Under the pieces are notes generated by a model. That model did no database searches and was not told the origin of the DNA. It worked only from the letters and a program-made list of their open reading frames with translations. Positions 52,221 through 64,000 of a stretch of 64,000 nucleotides of DNA are shown piece by piece. Each line of letters begins with the position of its first letter. Within the stretch, counting starts at the first letter, position 1. Source of the DNA: Azolla caroliniana. Taxonomy: Eukaryota; Plantae; Polypodiophyta. The DNA lies in assembly GCA_043228905.1 (NCBI GenBank), contig JBHGNT010000014.1, forward strand, positions 2,480,001-2,544,000, written 5' to 3'. The translations under genes and the position numbers were made by a program.

Positions 52221-55200
52221 TGTAGAAATTCCGCGCTCGGCCACAACCGAGGAACAGGATCGATTCACAGAAAACGGGAAATACAACAATGCACGAAAAA
52301 CAATAGAGAAGAGTACACACTGGAAGTTTTACGTGGAAAACCCTAAATGGGAAAAACCACGGGAGTGCAAGACTCCAACTATCACTATACGTGGGAATGT
52401 ACAATGGCGAGCTGCAAGGCGACGACCTTGAGCTCGCTGTCCTCGCCACAGGCGGCGGTATTACACAGAGGCGTCGACCTCTTCCTTCCTCCTTCTCTCT
52501 CACACTCTCTCGGCTGCTCTCACTTCGCTCCCTCTTCGTGGAAAACAGATAATGAGCAGCAACACCTAACTGTTTGCCCTAAGTCATATTTATACACATA
52601 TGACTTTCGGGCTATTTACAAATATAGCCTCAAGGGCCCTTGGCAAACATATTCACAAATATGTCCCCGCATCCGGATCTCTCTCCGGGTACATTCATCA
52701 TCCGGCTCCGTAGCCGGGTCTTCGTCATCCGGCTCCGTAGCCGGGGTCTTCATCATCCGGCTCCGTAGCCGGGTCTTCATCCGGCTTCATGCCGGGTACT
52801 CTTCATCCTCCGGTTCCGTAACCGCAACCGGGCTTGCCGTCATTCGTCTCCGGACATCCCATCCGGAGGGATCGTAAATCCCAACAAACTCCCCCTTCAC
52901 TTCGGCATGGGATGTCTCTCCAATCCGATCCTCTTCCGGCATGCTTCCAGCTTGTTGGGTGTAAGTACCTTGGTCAGCATATCCGACCCGTTCTCGTCCG
53001 TGTGGATCTTCGTCAGCACGAACTCCTTGTCTTCTATCCTTTCCCGGATCCAGTGATATCTTCGCTGGATGTGCTTCGTCCGGGAGTGATAGGCCGCGTT
53101 CTTCGCAAGGTGGATGGCACTCTGACTGTCGCAGTAGAGTCGGTACTCCTCTTGCCGGATACCGAGCTCTCTAATGAAGTCCTTCATCCATATTATTTCC
53201 TTGCCGGCTTCAACAGCCGCCATGTACTCCGCCTCCGTGGTTGACAACGCAACCGTCTTCTGCAGCCTCGACTGCCACGAAACAGCTCCCCCTGCATACG
53301 TCATCACATACCCTGATGTGGACCGGCTGGTATCTGCATCAGCCGACATATCAGAATCAGTAAAGCCGTCGAGTTCGGGCTTACCGGAGCCGAATCGGAG
53401 GCACACGTTTGCCGTGCCCTTCAGGTATCGGAGTATCCACTTGGCCGCGTTCCAATGCTCTCTGCCGGGATTGCTCATGTACCGGCTCACCACTCCGACT
53501 GCATATCCTATGTCCGGTCTCGTACACACCATGGCGTACATCAAGCTCCCGATGGCTGAGGCATACGGCACTTCCATCATATCCTCCTTTTCAGCCTTTG
53601 TCTTGGGACTTTGCTTGCTGGTCAGCTTGCAGTTTGCCGGGAGGGTCGATCCGACCGGTCTTGCTTCCGACATGTTGAACCGTTGAAGCACCTTTGTCAC
53701 GTACTTCTCCTGTGACAGCCACAACTGCTTCTTCTTCCGGTCCCGGATGATGTGCATCCCTAGTATTTGCCTCGCCGGACCCAGGTCCTTCATTGAGAAG
53801 GTTCGGTGAAGCGCTTTCTTCAGCGCCCGTATCTTGACCTGGTCCCGTCCGACGATCAACATGTCGTCCACGTACAGGAGGAGTATTAGAGAGTCTCCTC
53901 CTTCGAACTTCTTCACAAACATGTAGTGATCAGACTGCGTTTTGTGGTACCCTTCGTCGGTCATGAAGGAGTCGAACTTCCGGTACCATTGCCGGGGAGC
54001 CTGCTTCAGTCCGTAAAGGCTCTTCTTCAACCGGCATACCAGGTGCTCCTTCCCTTTCTTCTCGAATCCTTCCGGTTGCTGCATGTAGATCTCTTCTTCG
54101 AGGTCACCGTGAAGGAATGCCGTCTTCACGTCCATCTGTTCTACCTCGAGGTCCATGCTTGCCGCTATGCTCAGCACCGTCCGGATGGAGGTCATCTTCA
54201 CAACCGGGGCAAATATCTCATCGAAGTCGACGCCCTTCTTCTGCTGAAACCCCTTCACCACGATCCTGGCTTTATATCTCGGGGGGTTTCCGGCATCTCC
54301 TGGTTTCAGCTTGAACACCCACTTGTTACGGAGTGCCCGTTTTCCTTTCGGCAACTCCACTAGTTCATATGTGTGGTTCTCATGCAGGGAATCCATCTCG
54401 TCCTGCATGGCACTCAACCACCTGCGGCTCTGGGTGTCATGCTTTGCTTCTTCAAAGCTCTCCGGCTCCCCCTCGTCGGTTAGCAGTACGTGCTCTGGTT
54501 CCGGAAATCTCCGGGGGGCCCTTCTCTCTCTTAGAGGATATCTCCGTTCCGGAGCTTCGGTAACCGGTTCTTCCGATTCTTCTGCATCCGAATCCATTTC
54601 GGGATCGGGGCCGGTTCCGGTATCATTTTCATCTTCTTCGGCCGGTTCTGTTTCTTCATAGTCTTCGGCCGGATCCTCGAGTGTTAACCGGTCGCTTGCC
54701 GGTCGGGACTGCTCCTCGTAGAGTTGATCCTCACCGGTCGACTTGGAGCTCTTCATCTTCTTCTCCGACTCCCAGTCGGCGAGTGTCTTGTCCTCCATGA
54801 AGATGATGTCTCGACTCCTGAATATCTTCTTGTCGACCGGGTCCCATACTCGGTAGCCGAACTCGTCGTCGCCGTATCCGAGGAATATGCATGGCCGGGT
54901 CTTTGGATCTAGCTTTCCTCTCCGGTCCTTTGCCACATGCACGTATGCGAGACACCCGAACACTTTCAGATGCCGGTAGGACACTTCCTTACCGGTCCAC
55001 ACTTTCTGCGGCGTGTCTCCGTCCAAAGGTACTGAGGGTGATCTGTTTATCACGTATGTCGCCGTCGACATTGCCTCAGCCCAAAACCCCTTGGGTAATT
55101 TCGCATGCGCCAGCATACTCCGGACCCTCTCCATTATGGTCCGGTTCATCCTCTCGGCCAGCCCGTTCAGTTCCGGCGTCTTCGGCACAGTAAACTCGAG

Positions 55201-57666
55201 CCGGATTCCCTTCGAGCGACAGTACTCCTGGAACTGCCCCCGGTATTCCCCTCCGTTATCCGCTCGTATCGCTTTCAGCTTCTTGCCGGATTCCCTTTCC
55301 ACTCTCGCGTGGAGTTCTTTGAAGACGGACAACACTTGGTCCTTTGTCTTCAACGGCGCCGTCCACAGCTTCCGGCTGTGATCATCAATGAAAGTCACGA
55401 AGTACTGGGCTCCGCCATGTGACTTCGTTTCTACCTGACACACATCCGTGTGCACCAACTCCAATGGTGCGCTACGTCTCGTCGGTGGCCTTGAGTGGAA
55501 GGAGGTTCGGTTCTGCTTACCGGCCAGGCAATCGGTGCACTTCTCCAGGTGCACATGCTTCACTGGAATAAGGTTGTCTTCTGCAAGCCTCTTCATCCCC
55601 TTCTCACTCATGTGACACAGTCTCTTGTGCCACAGCTCACCGGCAGTATCGGCTGCCACGTTCAGCTCCTCCGGACACGACCGGGCATTCATCAGGTACA
55701 GTGTGTTGTCTTTCCGGGCCCGAGCCACTATCAGGCTCCCTTTGCTGAACTTCATGACACCGTTCCGGATGCTACCCGTGTAGCCTTCATCATCTAGCCT
55801 CCCGGCCGAGATCAGGTTCAATCGGACCTCCGGAACGTGTCGCACATCTTTCAGCAGCATCTTGCATCCGGTTGATGTCATCAGCCACACGTCTCCTATG
55901 CCGGCAATCCGGCACGTACCTTCATTTCCCATCCGGACACAGCCATGCTCACCGGCTGTGTAGGATGAGAAGTATTTCTTCTCCGGGGTCAGGTGGAACG
56001 ACGCTCCGGAATCGACCACCCAGGTCATCTCTTCACCGGCAAGGTTCAGCTCCCTCTCTTCGGTAATGAGCATTATTTCTTCTTCACTTGCCGCGAGTGC
56101 CGTCGTTCCTTTCCGGTCCTGCCCTCGCCGATCCGGACCTCTCCGGTCCGTGGCTCCCCGGTATGCACCGTTTCTCTCCGGTGATTTCTTCGAATCGGTG
56201 TCGTCGGCTCCGTTGTCCTTTCGGTAATGCCGACAATTCTTCCGGAAGTGCCCCGGCTTCCCACAGTGGAAGCACGTGGGCCTTCCTCTTGACTGCGACC
56301 GGGTCCCCGACTTCTCCCGTCTTTACGGACTCCGGTTCCATTGTCTTCCCCGTTCCGATTCGGTAAGCAGCGCCTTCGAGTCGGAGGCCGGTTCTTTATC
56401 TCTCCGACGCGCTTCTTCGTTCAAAATGCTTGTCTTTACCGTTTGTAGAGACAAGTTATCTTCGGTGCAGGAGGTGCTGAGAGTCACCACCAAGTTCTCC
56501 CAGCTATCCGGCAATGTACACATCAGGATGATGGCTTGCATTGCATCCTCCAACGGGAACTTGATCGCCGCAAGCTGGTTCACGAATCCCATGAACGTGC
56601 TTACGTGTTCCACCATACTCTCGCCGTCCCGGTACTTGTGGTTCACCATCTTTCTCATCAGGGAGGTCCGGTTCAATGCATTCTTCCTCTCGTAGAGGCC
56701 CGACAGCTTCCTCCACATCTCATATGCGTTGGTGTCGTTCGCCACATGTTGTAGAACGCTTACATCGACATATTGCCGGATCGTCGCTACGGCTTTCCGG
56801 TTCAGGAGCTTCCACTCCGACTCTATTACCCCCTTGGGTATCTCGGCATTGTCGATCGGTTCGTACAGGTCTCGGACGATGAGAAGGTCTTCCATCTTTA
56901 TCTTCCAGTCGGCGTAGTTCTGTGAGTTCAACACCATCATGCCCGGAGGCCCACTACCGCCGCCTTCCATTTTCTGTGTTACCGTGCTCTGATACCAGTT
57001 TGTAGAAATTCCGCGCTCGGCCACAACCGAGGAACAGGATCGATTCACAGAAAACGGGAAATACAACAATGCACGAAAAACAATAGAGAAGAGTACACAC
57101 TGGAAGTTTTACGTGGAAAACCCTAAATGGGAAAAACCACGGGAGTGCAAGACTCCAACTATCACTATACGTGGGAATGTACAATGGCGAGCTGCAAGGC
57201 GACGACCTTGAGCTCGCTGTCCTCGCCACAGGCGGCGGTATTACACAGAGGCGTCGACCTCTTCCTTCCTCCTTCTCTCTCACACTCTCTCGGCTGCTCT
57301 CACTTCGCTCCCTCTTCGTGGAAAACAGATAATGAGCAGCAACACCTAACTGTTTGCCCTAAGTCATATTTATACACATATGACTTTCGGGCTATTTACA
57401 AATATAGCCTCAAGGGCCCTTGGCAAACATATTCACAAATATGTCCCCGCATCCGGATCTCTCTCCGGGTACATTCATCATCCGGCTCCGTAGCCGGGTC
57501 TTCGTCATCCGGCTCCGTAGCCGGGGTCTTCATCATCCGGCTCCGTAGCCGGGTCTTCATCCGGCTTCATGCCGGGTACTCTTCATCCTCCGGTTCCGTA
57601 ACCGCAACCGGGCTTGCCGTCATTCGTCTCCGGACATCCCATCCGGAGGGACCGTAAATCCCAACA
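52221..57666 (-). mobile_element. Full-length young Ty1/copia (Copia-2), sister subfamily of Copia-1
   Basis: 666-bp LTRs at 52221-52886 and 57001-57666 with one visible mismatch; TSD GGAAG (52216-52220 / 57667-57671); iMet PBS 56986-56997; PPT beside 52887. Confidence 0.97.
52897..56970 (-). pseudogene. Copia-2 gag-pol polyprotein with one CAA>TAA stop at 56323-56325
   Basis: Protein nearly identical to Copia-1; both ORFs share a frame; Copia-1 has Gln at the stop. Confidence 0.93.
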
Positions 57667-58852
57667 GGAAGCCCACTGCGGAGTTGCCGGAGGTCACTAT
57701 GCCGGAGATGCGACAGCCAGAAAAATATGGCAAAGTGGCCTATGGTGGCCAACGACATTAAGAGATGCGGTACGGTACGCAAAAGAATGTGACCTATGCC
57801 AGAGAATGGGCTAGCCAACGGAGCAGGCTCGTATGCCACACCAGCCGGTACTACCACTCGAGCCATTCCAAAAGTGGGGGCTGGACTTTGTAGGACCGTT
57901 CAAGCCACCGGTAATGAGAACGAGTAATCGGTACGTTATCGTTGCTACGGATTACTGCATGAAATGGGTGGAGGCCAAAGCTTTACGGGATAACACTGCT
58001 GCGTCAACGGCAAAGTTTCTATATGAGTACATCTGGTGCCGTTACGGATGCCCCATTGAATTGATAAGTGACCAAGGGGGGCACTTTCTCGGACAAGTAG
58101 TGGAAAGCCTAACGACCTTCTATGCCGTGGTCCACAAACGAAGCACACCTTACTATCCACAGGTGAACGGATTAGCGGAATCAACAAACAAGACGCTCCA
58201 GAACATCCTTCGGAAGATCGTCAACGAGAACCGGACGGATTGGGACACAAAGCTACATAGCGCGCTTTGGGCATATCGGACGGCATACAAAACGAGCATC
58301 CGAACAACACCGTTCCGGTTGGCGTTCGGACTCGAGGCGGTCATGCCGGTAGAATTTCAAGTACCTAGCTTACGGATCCAGCTACGAGAACGGCTGAACG
58401 AGAAGGAGTCGGAAACAATAAGGTTGACAGCGCTGTGTGAGCTGGAGGAACAACGGTTGGCCAACATCCTACATTTAGAATTGGAGCAACGGCGACGGAA
58501 AGCATTCGTCGACCGGCACAGGAAAGGTAACGAAAAAATGTTCGCAATCGGCAAACCAGTGTTAGTATTCCAAACCCGGATGGGCAAGATGCCGGGTAAA
58601 CTAAGGTTTAGATGGACCGGACCATATTGGCTAACACGAGAGTATAATGGGTCCTACCAGTTGGGGACACTTGCCGGCGAAGTGCTGGGCAAATGGGTCA
58701 ACGGATTCCGGTTAAAGGCATATAGAGGACCGATGCCTAAGAACCCGTTTGAGCAAAGGACCGACGGCAACCACCAAGACGGCAGAGACGGCAAGCTGGG
58801 AACCGGAGAGAATGAGGCCGGTAAGGGTCCGGGAGGACCAACGGACATGTGA
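57667..58852 (+). pseudogene. Gypsy-D integrase (zinc finger, core, GPY motif)
   Basis: AHCGVAGGH...CDLCQ, PFQKWGLDFVGP, SDQGGHF, NGLAE, RWTGPY; one in-frame stop near 57812. Confidence 0.9.
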
Positions 58853-58875
58853 CGTCACACTAATAATAACTAAAA

Positions 58876-58910
<35 letters not shown>

Positions 58911-59022
58911 AACAATCATGCAAAAGCGAGGAATGAATGGATGAAAGAGCGTGGAGCGAAAAGGTACGTCGTGGGCATTTAAAGCGCCACCACAGGACAT
59001 AATGCTATTTTAAGTACGCGAC

Positions 59023-62016
59023 ATGGACAAACTCGAAAAAGGCGCCAGAATGCACAGACAAAAACCATTGCGCGTAGAGACCCTCTATTTTCGCGAACCC
59101 AGGAGCATAGAAGCACCGAAACGCTGCAAGATAATCAGACGAGAACCTGCGCACAGAGAACCCCCGCCTTCTGAACTCTCTCTTTCTCAACCCCGCTCTC
59201 ATCACCATCCATCCTCGCCACCGCAGTCCGACCCCGACACAGAAATGGACCCACAAATGCTGTCGGAAGCCGCCAAGACATGGCTGAAGCAACACGGGCT
59301 CGAGGGCTTCTTGATGATGATGGAAGTACCGCCACACAAAGAAGCCGACAAAGTGATCAAGGAAATCGATACAGAGGTCATAACGACAGAGGCGATTCGA
59401 GCGTTAACAGGCCTTCCGGAGGGAGGCATACTCACGATCGACAATCCAACCCCGGAGCAACTCATCAGGTATTTTGGTGAGTATTCTCTAGCTAGCAAGG
59501 GCTACCGGACACAGGGCGGCGGAGATATGATGTTCCGCGAAATTGCTCGTGTGCTCCATGAATACGGCCACGTGTACCCTAGACCCCCTGTCATGCCGCA
59601 GAACCGGGCATGGATGATCATCGCCACCTATGAAGGGATCAAGGTGGATTGGCCAGTATTGATTGCAAACGGGTTGTGTGTGGCGATCGAGACCGTCAGA
59701 GGCAAAGACGACAAAGAAGGCCGAGACGGACGAAGGATATGGCACGCCGTAACGCAGTGGCTCAACTTGTTGGTGCCACCCGTTCAGACCGTCCAGCCCA
59801 AGAAGCGAGGAAGAGTGCCGGACGACACCCCAAGGACGGCTTCCAAACGGCAACAGCTGTTGGCCTCTAAGGCCAGTAATGGAAAGGCGGCGGATGTAGA
59901 CCAGGCGGCAGCAGGATTTGGCAGCCGGAAGCGCCCAACAGAGGCGCAGGAGGAACCACCGGCACGGCCCGTAAAGGTCACACTCCGCCGACCGGTGAAT
60001 CGAGAAGTGGATCCCTTGGCGGCAAAACTCAATGCCGGAGCTCAAGAGGAGGAAATAGAGGAGGAGCCTACGGAGCACCTCCAGCGACGGTTGTCAGCAA
60101 GGACTGTTGAGACGACCGGGAAACGTTCGGACCCTCAGACGGAGGGAACACCGGCCCCCCATACTGAGACTCCTACGCCAAGGAAGGAACCGGAACCGGT
60201 GCAGATGGCACCGAAAACAGAAGCCCCGGCACCACCGGCAACACCGGCAAGTCCCATCCCGCCAGAGCCGGAAAGGTCACTACAGCCTCCCTCGGTTAGC
60301 CAAGAAGAAGCGCAAGGGGACCAAGGACAGCAAGATGGTCCACGGGCAGAAACGAAACTGCAACTCGACGCAACCAGGCGGGACCACCCCTCTACAAGTG
60401 AGCCCATCTATCAAACCTCCGTGCAAGCACAACAAGGCACTGGTAGCCTGTGGCTCCGGTGGATAGGCGAACAGATAGCCGCAGCAGTGGGATATATAGA
60501 GGCGGAAGAAAGAGCGCAAAGCGAACGGTTGTTCGTCACAACCGAACAACTAGAGACGGCCCGGTCCAGAATCCGGTGCCTTGAAAAAGATTTGGATCAG
60601 GTCACGACAGAGATGGCCAAAATACGGATCCAATCACCGGTGACTCCGGTAAGTGTACAGAATAATGAAACGGAACGACCTGTACATAGGAATAAGACCC
60701 CGACAACGGAAACCATTCCGGCGAGAGATGCGGCGCAAGCTCAGGAGCTTGTGGAATTAAGAGAGGAACTTGCCGCACAAGAAGCGCTAAGGAGCCGGGA
60801 ACGAGAATTGAAGACGGCGGCCGAAGCCGAATTAAAGAGGACTGTTGAGAACCTCCGTCGGGCAGAGGAGAGCCTCCGGAAAGGCCATCAAGCGTACGAC
60901 CGGCTAAAGGAGGAGAAAGACAAAGTGCTGCAGGAAAAGGACAAGCTGCGGAAAACGGCGGAAATCGAGATTGAACGGCTAAAGGAAGAGCTCCGCCAGC
61001 AGAAGGACCGCGAGGACCGGGCCCGTCGTCAGATCAACGCACGGCTCAAGCAAAAGACGGATGATTTTGAGCACCTGCACCGGGACTACAAACGGCTGGA
61101 AATGGAGCATAAAAAACAGATGGCCGAGCTCCAACAGGCAGTTGATCGGGCCGCGACGGCAATCGCCGACGAACGGGCGGAAAATACAAGACGCTTGGAA
61201 GAGGCGGAGAAGGTCCGGATGGAGCTCCAGAGGCAGCAGCAGGAAGACAAAGAGAGAGCGTCAACAGTATTGCAGAAATTACAGAGTACATATCAAAGGC
61301 AATTGACGCATTACAAGGCGCAGGCGGAGGACAACGTAAAAATCATCAAACAACTGAAGGAGGAACGGCAAGCGGCGGAAACCAAATCGCAATTGGGAAC
61401 GAGCCGGATTCAGTCCATCCTCCGGGCATGGCTGAATCAGACGAAGCACTTGATTGATGAAAGCTCCGTAAAATGGTGGACAAAGTGGGCACAAAACGCG
61501 GCGGAACTCTAGTTGCTACGGGCGGATGTGGCAAACCGGCGGAAGGAAGGAGATGACTGTTATACGTTGACTTCCGAGGACTTCACCGCCATACGGGACG
61601 AGCTGGCCGACGACTTCCAAGTCCTGGCAGATGAACAGCTGGCGCAGGTTAGGCAGCTCGTAGCTCAGCTGGATGATGATAGGCTAGACGCTCAAATCCA
61701 GTTTGAAAGCTACGAGCGGTCCCGGGTACGGGAAGAAAAAGCACGGGAAGCGACAACGGTTAACCTTGGTGATGAGGAACCGTCGTCGGCTGAGGGCCAG
61801 CCGGGAACCAGTCAACCGGAGACCACCACGACGCAGGGAGCAACGACGGAGACGCCGGTGTCAGAGCCACAAACGGAGGAGCAGTCGCAGCAACCACCAA
61901 CGGACCCGCCGCAACAGACAACAACAGAGCAGCAACAACAACAACAACAACCACTTCCAGATGAACCATTGGAACCTCTCGAACAAAGCATTTTGGACAT
62001 TTTGGACGAAGAATAG
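59023..62016 (+). CDS. Extra sense ORF of Gypsy-D (829 aa, TAG, then 167 aa in frame): globular N-domain, Pro/Glu linker, long coiled coil, Q/T/E tail
   Basis: Lies between integrase and the 3' LTR; charged heptad-like region approx. aa 490-800; N-domain motifs ITTEAIRALTGLP and GIKVDWPVLI. Confidence 0.8.
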
Positions 62017-62503
62017 CATGGGTCGGTTGTGGATTCGACGTACAAGGTACTGTCCCACGGGTGTGCCATGTGTTACCGGCCGGCAAAGGAGTCCAGAGTG
62101 GGAAACGGAGAGCTAATTAAGTAGTAGGAATGTGGTTGTAATTAAGCTATGAGTGTGGACGGACGGACCAGAAACGGTATGCCGTTCTTGATCCGGACCG
62201 ATCCCGAACAGGTGCGGAGGGCACCGTTTTGTAATAAAGACCGGAAACCTATTTAAAGGCTCGGATACAATGTAATAGTTAGCGGTTAATTAATGAAAGC
62301 TTAAGCATTGTTATATCTTTGTGTTAATTGCCGTTCTGTCTTAATTGTTATATCTTACGCGTGTTATGAAGATGATCCTAATAAGTAACTTGATTAAGTC
62401 GGATTAAGCGTTGAAGTCTAATCCGGTTGCCGTAACACCCTTTGGTGAAGTGTCTCCCGTAGACACCCTGTGTTAGGCCATTGTCTGGCCCGAAGAGTTA
62501 ACA

Positions 62504-64000
62504 GTAGTGTTATGCTAATTATCAAGGCTGCTATCATAGACTAGTACCCAATCTCCTTCAATTTTTCTTAGACAAAGACGGTGCTTTTTATCAAAATTTT
62601 CCTTGTTCCTTAATCGAGCCTCATGTAACCGTTCTATTGCTAACTTGACATCTTTGGGTCCCCGTTCTAATTGTTAGATCCTTGTGCCTAGCAAGTCTTC
62701 TCGACTCATCTCCTCTTGCCATGGCAACGCCGTCCATGAGGCAACACTTTGCTCGATAGGCATTATTGGTTTTTGCCCTAATATGAGCTCGGCCGGCATA
62801 TATCATGTAGTCATGCTATGTGTAGTTCTATTGACCCACAATGCATATGGTAATAATCGTGGCCAATCCCCCATCATCCCATCGCAAGCCTTTGCTAGAG
62901 CTTTTACAATCGGGCTATGTCCCCGCGCCACCTTTCCATTTGTCTCTGGGTTGTATGCCATGGTGAGTAATAATTTGACGCCTATCCTTGAGAAAAACTC
63001 TTTAGCTTCATTTGGATCTAATTCTCCTCTATCAGCTACTATTTTGTTGACACATTTGTATCGACCAATAACATCTTCAAGGAGAAACTTGCAAACCGCC
63101 GAAGTTGTTTTATTCCTTAGTGCCCGACCTTCTACTTGGTTGGTGAGATCCTCTCTTGCTAGCACAAGGTATCTCATTTGCCACAATCCCATTGGCATAA
63201 CCACTATGTCTACCATCCACTTATAGTGCATTGATAATGAATATGTCGGATGAAGTTCATCCCTATGTTGAACATTCGAGTATAATTGGCATTGCGCACA
63301 TGTGTCAACATAGCTTGCTGCATCTTTGTAAACACTCAACCACCAATACTTCTCCTTGAGCTTTGCAGAAGTTGCCCATATAACTCGATGACCTACCCAC
63401 ACACTATCATGAAATTCAGAAAATAGTGTTTGTTGATCTTGTTTCTTGCACACCACTCGAAGTGGAGTTCCATTCTTCCTCTTTGGAAACTTCCATAGAT
63501 GTCCTTCTTTGAGGAAGAACTTGTAGGCCTTCTTCCTAATTCGGTAGAGGTCTTCCTTTGACCATGATTCATCCTTTGTAAGAGAGCTTAAGTACTTTCC
63601 AATTTTGATGAATTCACCCTCATAATCTTTTACTTTAAACACCGCCAGCACCCGAGCACAAGAAACCGTAAAGAAGTTTAGGCCAACATCCTCTTTATCG
63701 GAGCGCGGATCTTCTTCACCCTCGTACCTTGCCCTTGACAACATATCGGCCACCACATTATGCTTCCCAGTTATATGTCGAAGCTCGGGGTTCAACGACT
63801 TGATATAGGCAATCCATCGTAGCATAGCAATATCAGGTGTAGCACAACCGGATATCATCCCGAGAATAGGTAGTCAATCGGTTTCGATTATGACTTCCGT
63901 TCCGATAAGGTAGTCACTATCAGTTTTAAACCATAGCTCTCTCTTTACTTGGGCGTACTTTCTTTGTCTTTCGGTCAACACCTTTGCACCAAATTGGATT
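62504..64000 (-). pseudogene. Gypsy-C RNaseH-integrase remnant
   Basis: ATPDIAMLRWIAYIKSL, LAREDLTNQVEGRAL, ADRGELD, WPRLLPYALW. Confidence 0.9.

Larger units (their letters stand above)
47256..62503 (+). mobile_element. Full-length non-chromovirus Ty3/gypsy with a large 3' extra ORF (Gypsy-D; Athila/Selgy-like)
   Basis: 433-bp LTRs at 47256-47688 and 62071-62503 (about 15 mismatches); TSD GTAGT (47251-47255 / 62504-62508); degenerate tRNA-Arg-like PBS TGACGACCAC near 47696. Confidence 0.94.
45661..64000 (-). mobile_element. Third relative of Gypsy-A (Gypsy-C); 3' LTR 45661-46993; runs off the window end; interrupted by Gypsy-D
   Basis: LTR TGTCGTG...CACGACA followed by reversed PPT TCCACCCCC; integrase tail KRWFGPY near 47215-47240 resumes at 62504; ORF 62803-63858 closely matches Gypsy-A RH/INT. 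Confidence 0.9.

Overview
Plant nuclear DNA, probably a non-seed land plant (inferred from the retroelement types), dominated by nested LTR retrotransposons. Left nest (1-20.9 kb): a decayed chromovirus integrase interrupted by two tRNA-Trp-primed non-chromovirus Ty3/gypsy elements (704-13036 +, young; 13205-20386 -, old); the first carries a young Tork/Tnt1-like Ty1/copia (3422-8751 -). Middle (24-39 kb): three intronless secreted L-type lectin genes, two with a single in-frame TAG, and a decayed spliced gene with a PHD-finger exon. Right (39.6-64 kb): two fused copia fragments, then a third relative of the Trp-primed gypsy (45661 to >64000 -) containing a gypsy with a ~1000-codon extra ORF (47256-62503 +), which contains a second young Tork-like copia (52221-57666 -). 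Best leads: a conserved G_GAU_UUU slippery site plus H-type pseudoknot between Gag-protease and RT, a covarying hairpin just before the PPT in three diverged relatives, a large extra ORF, and CCGG enrichment in unrelated younger elements. All alignments and counts were made by eye.
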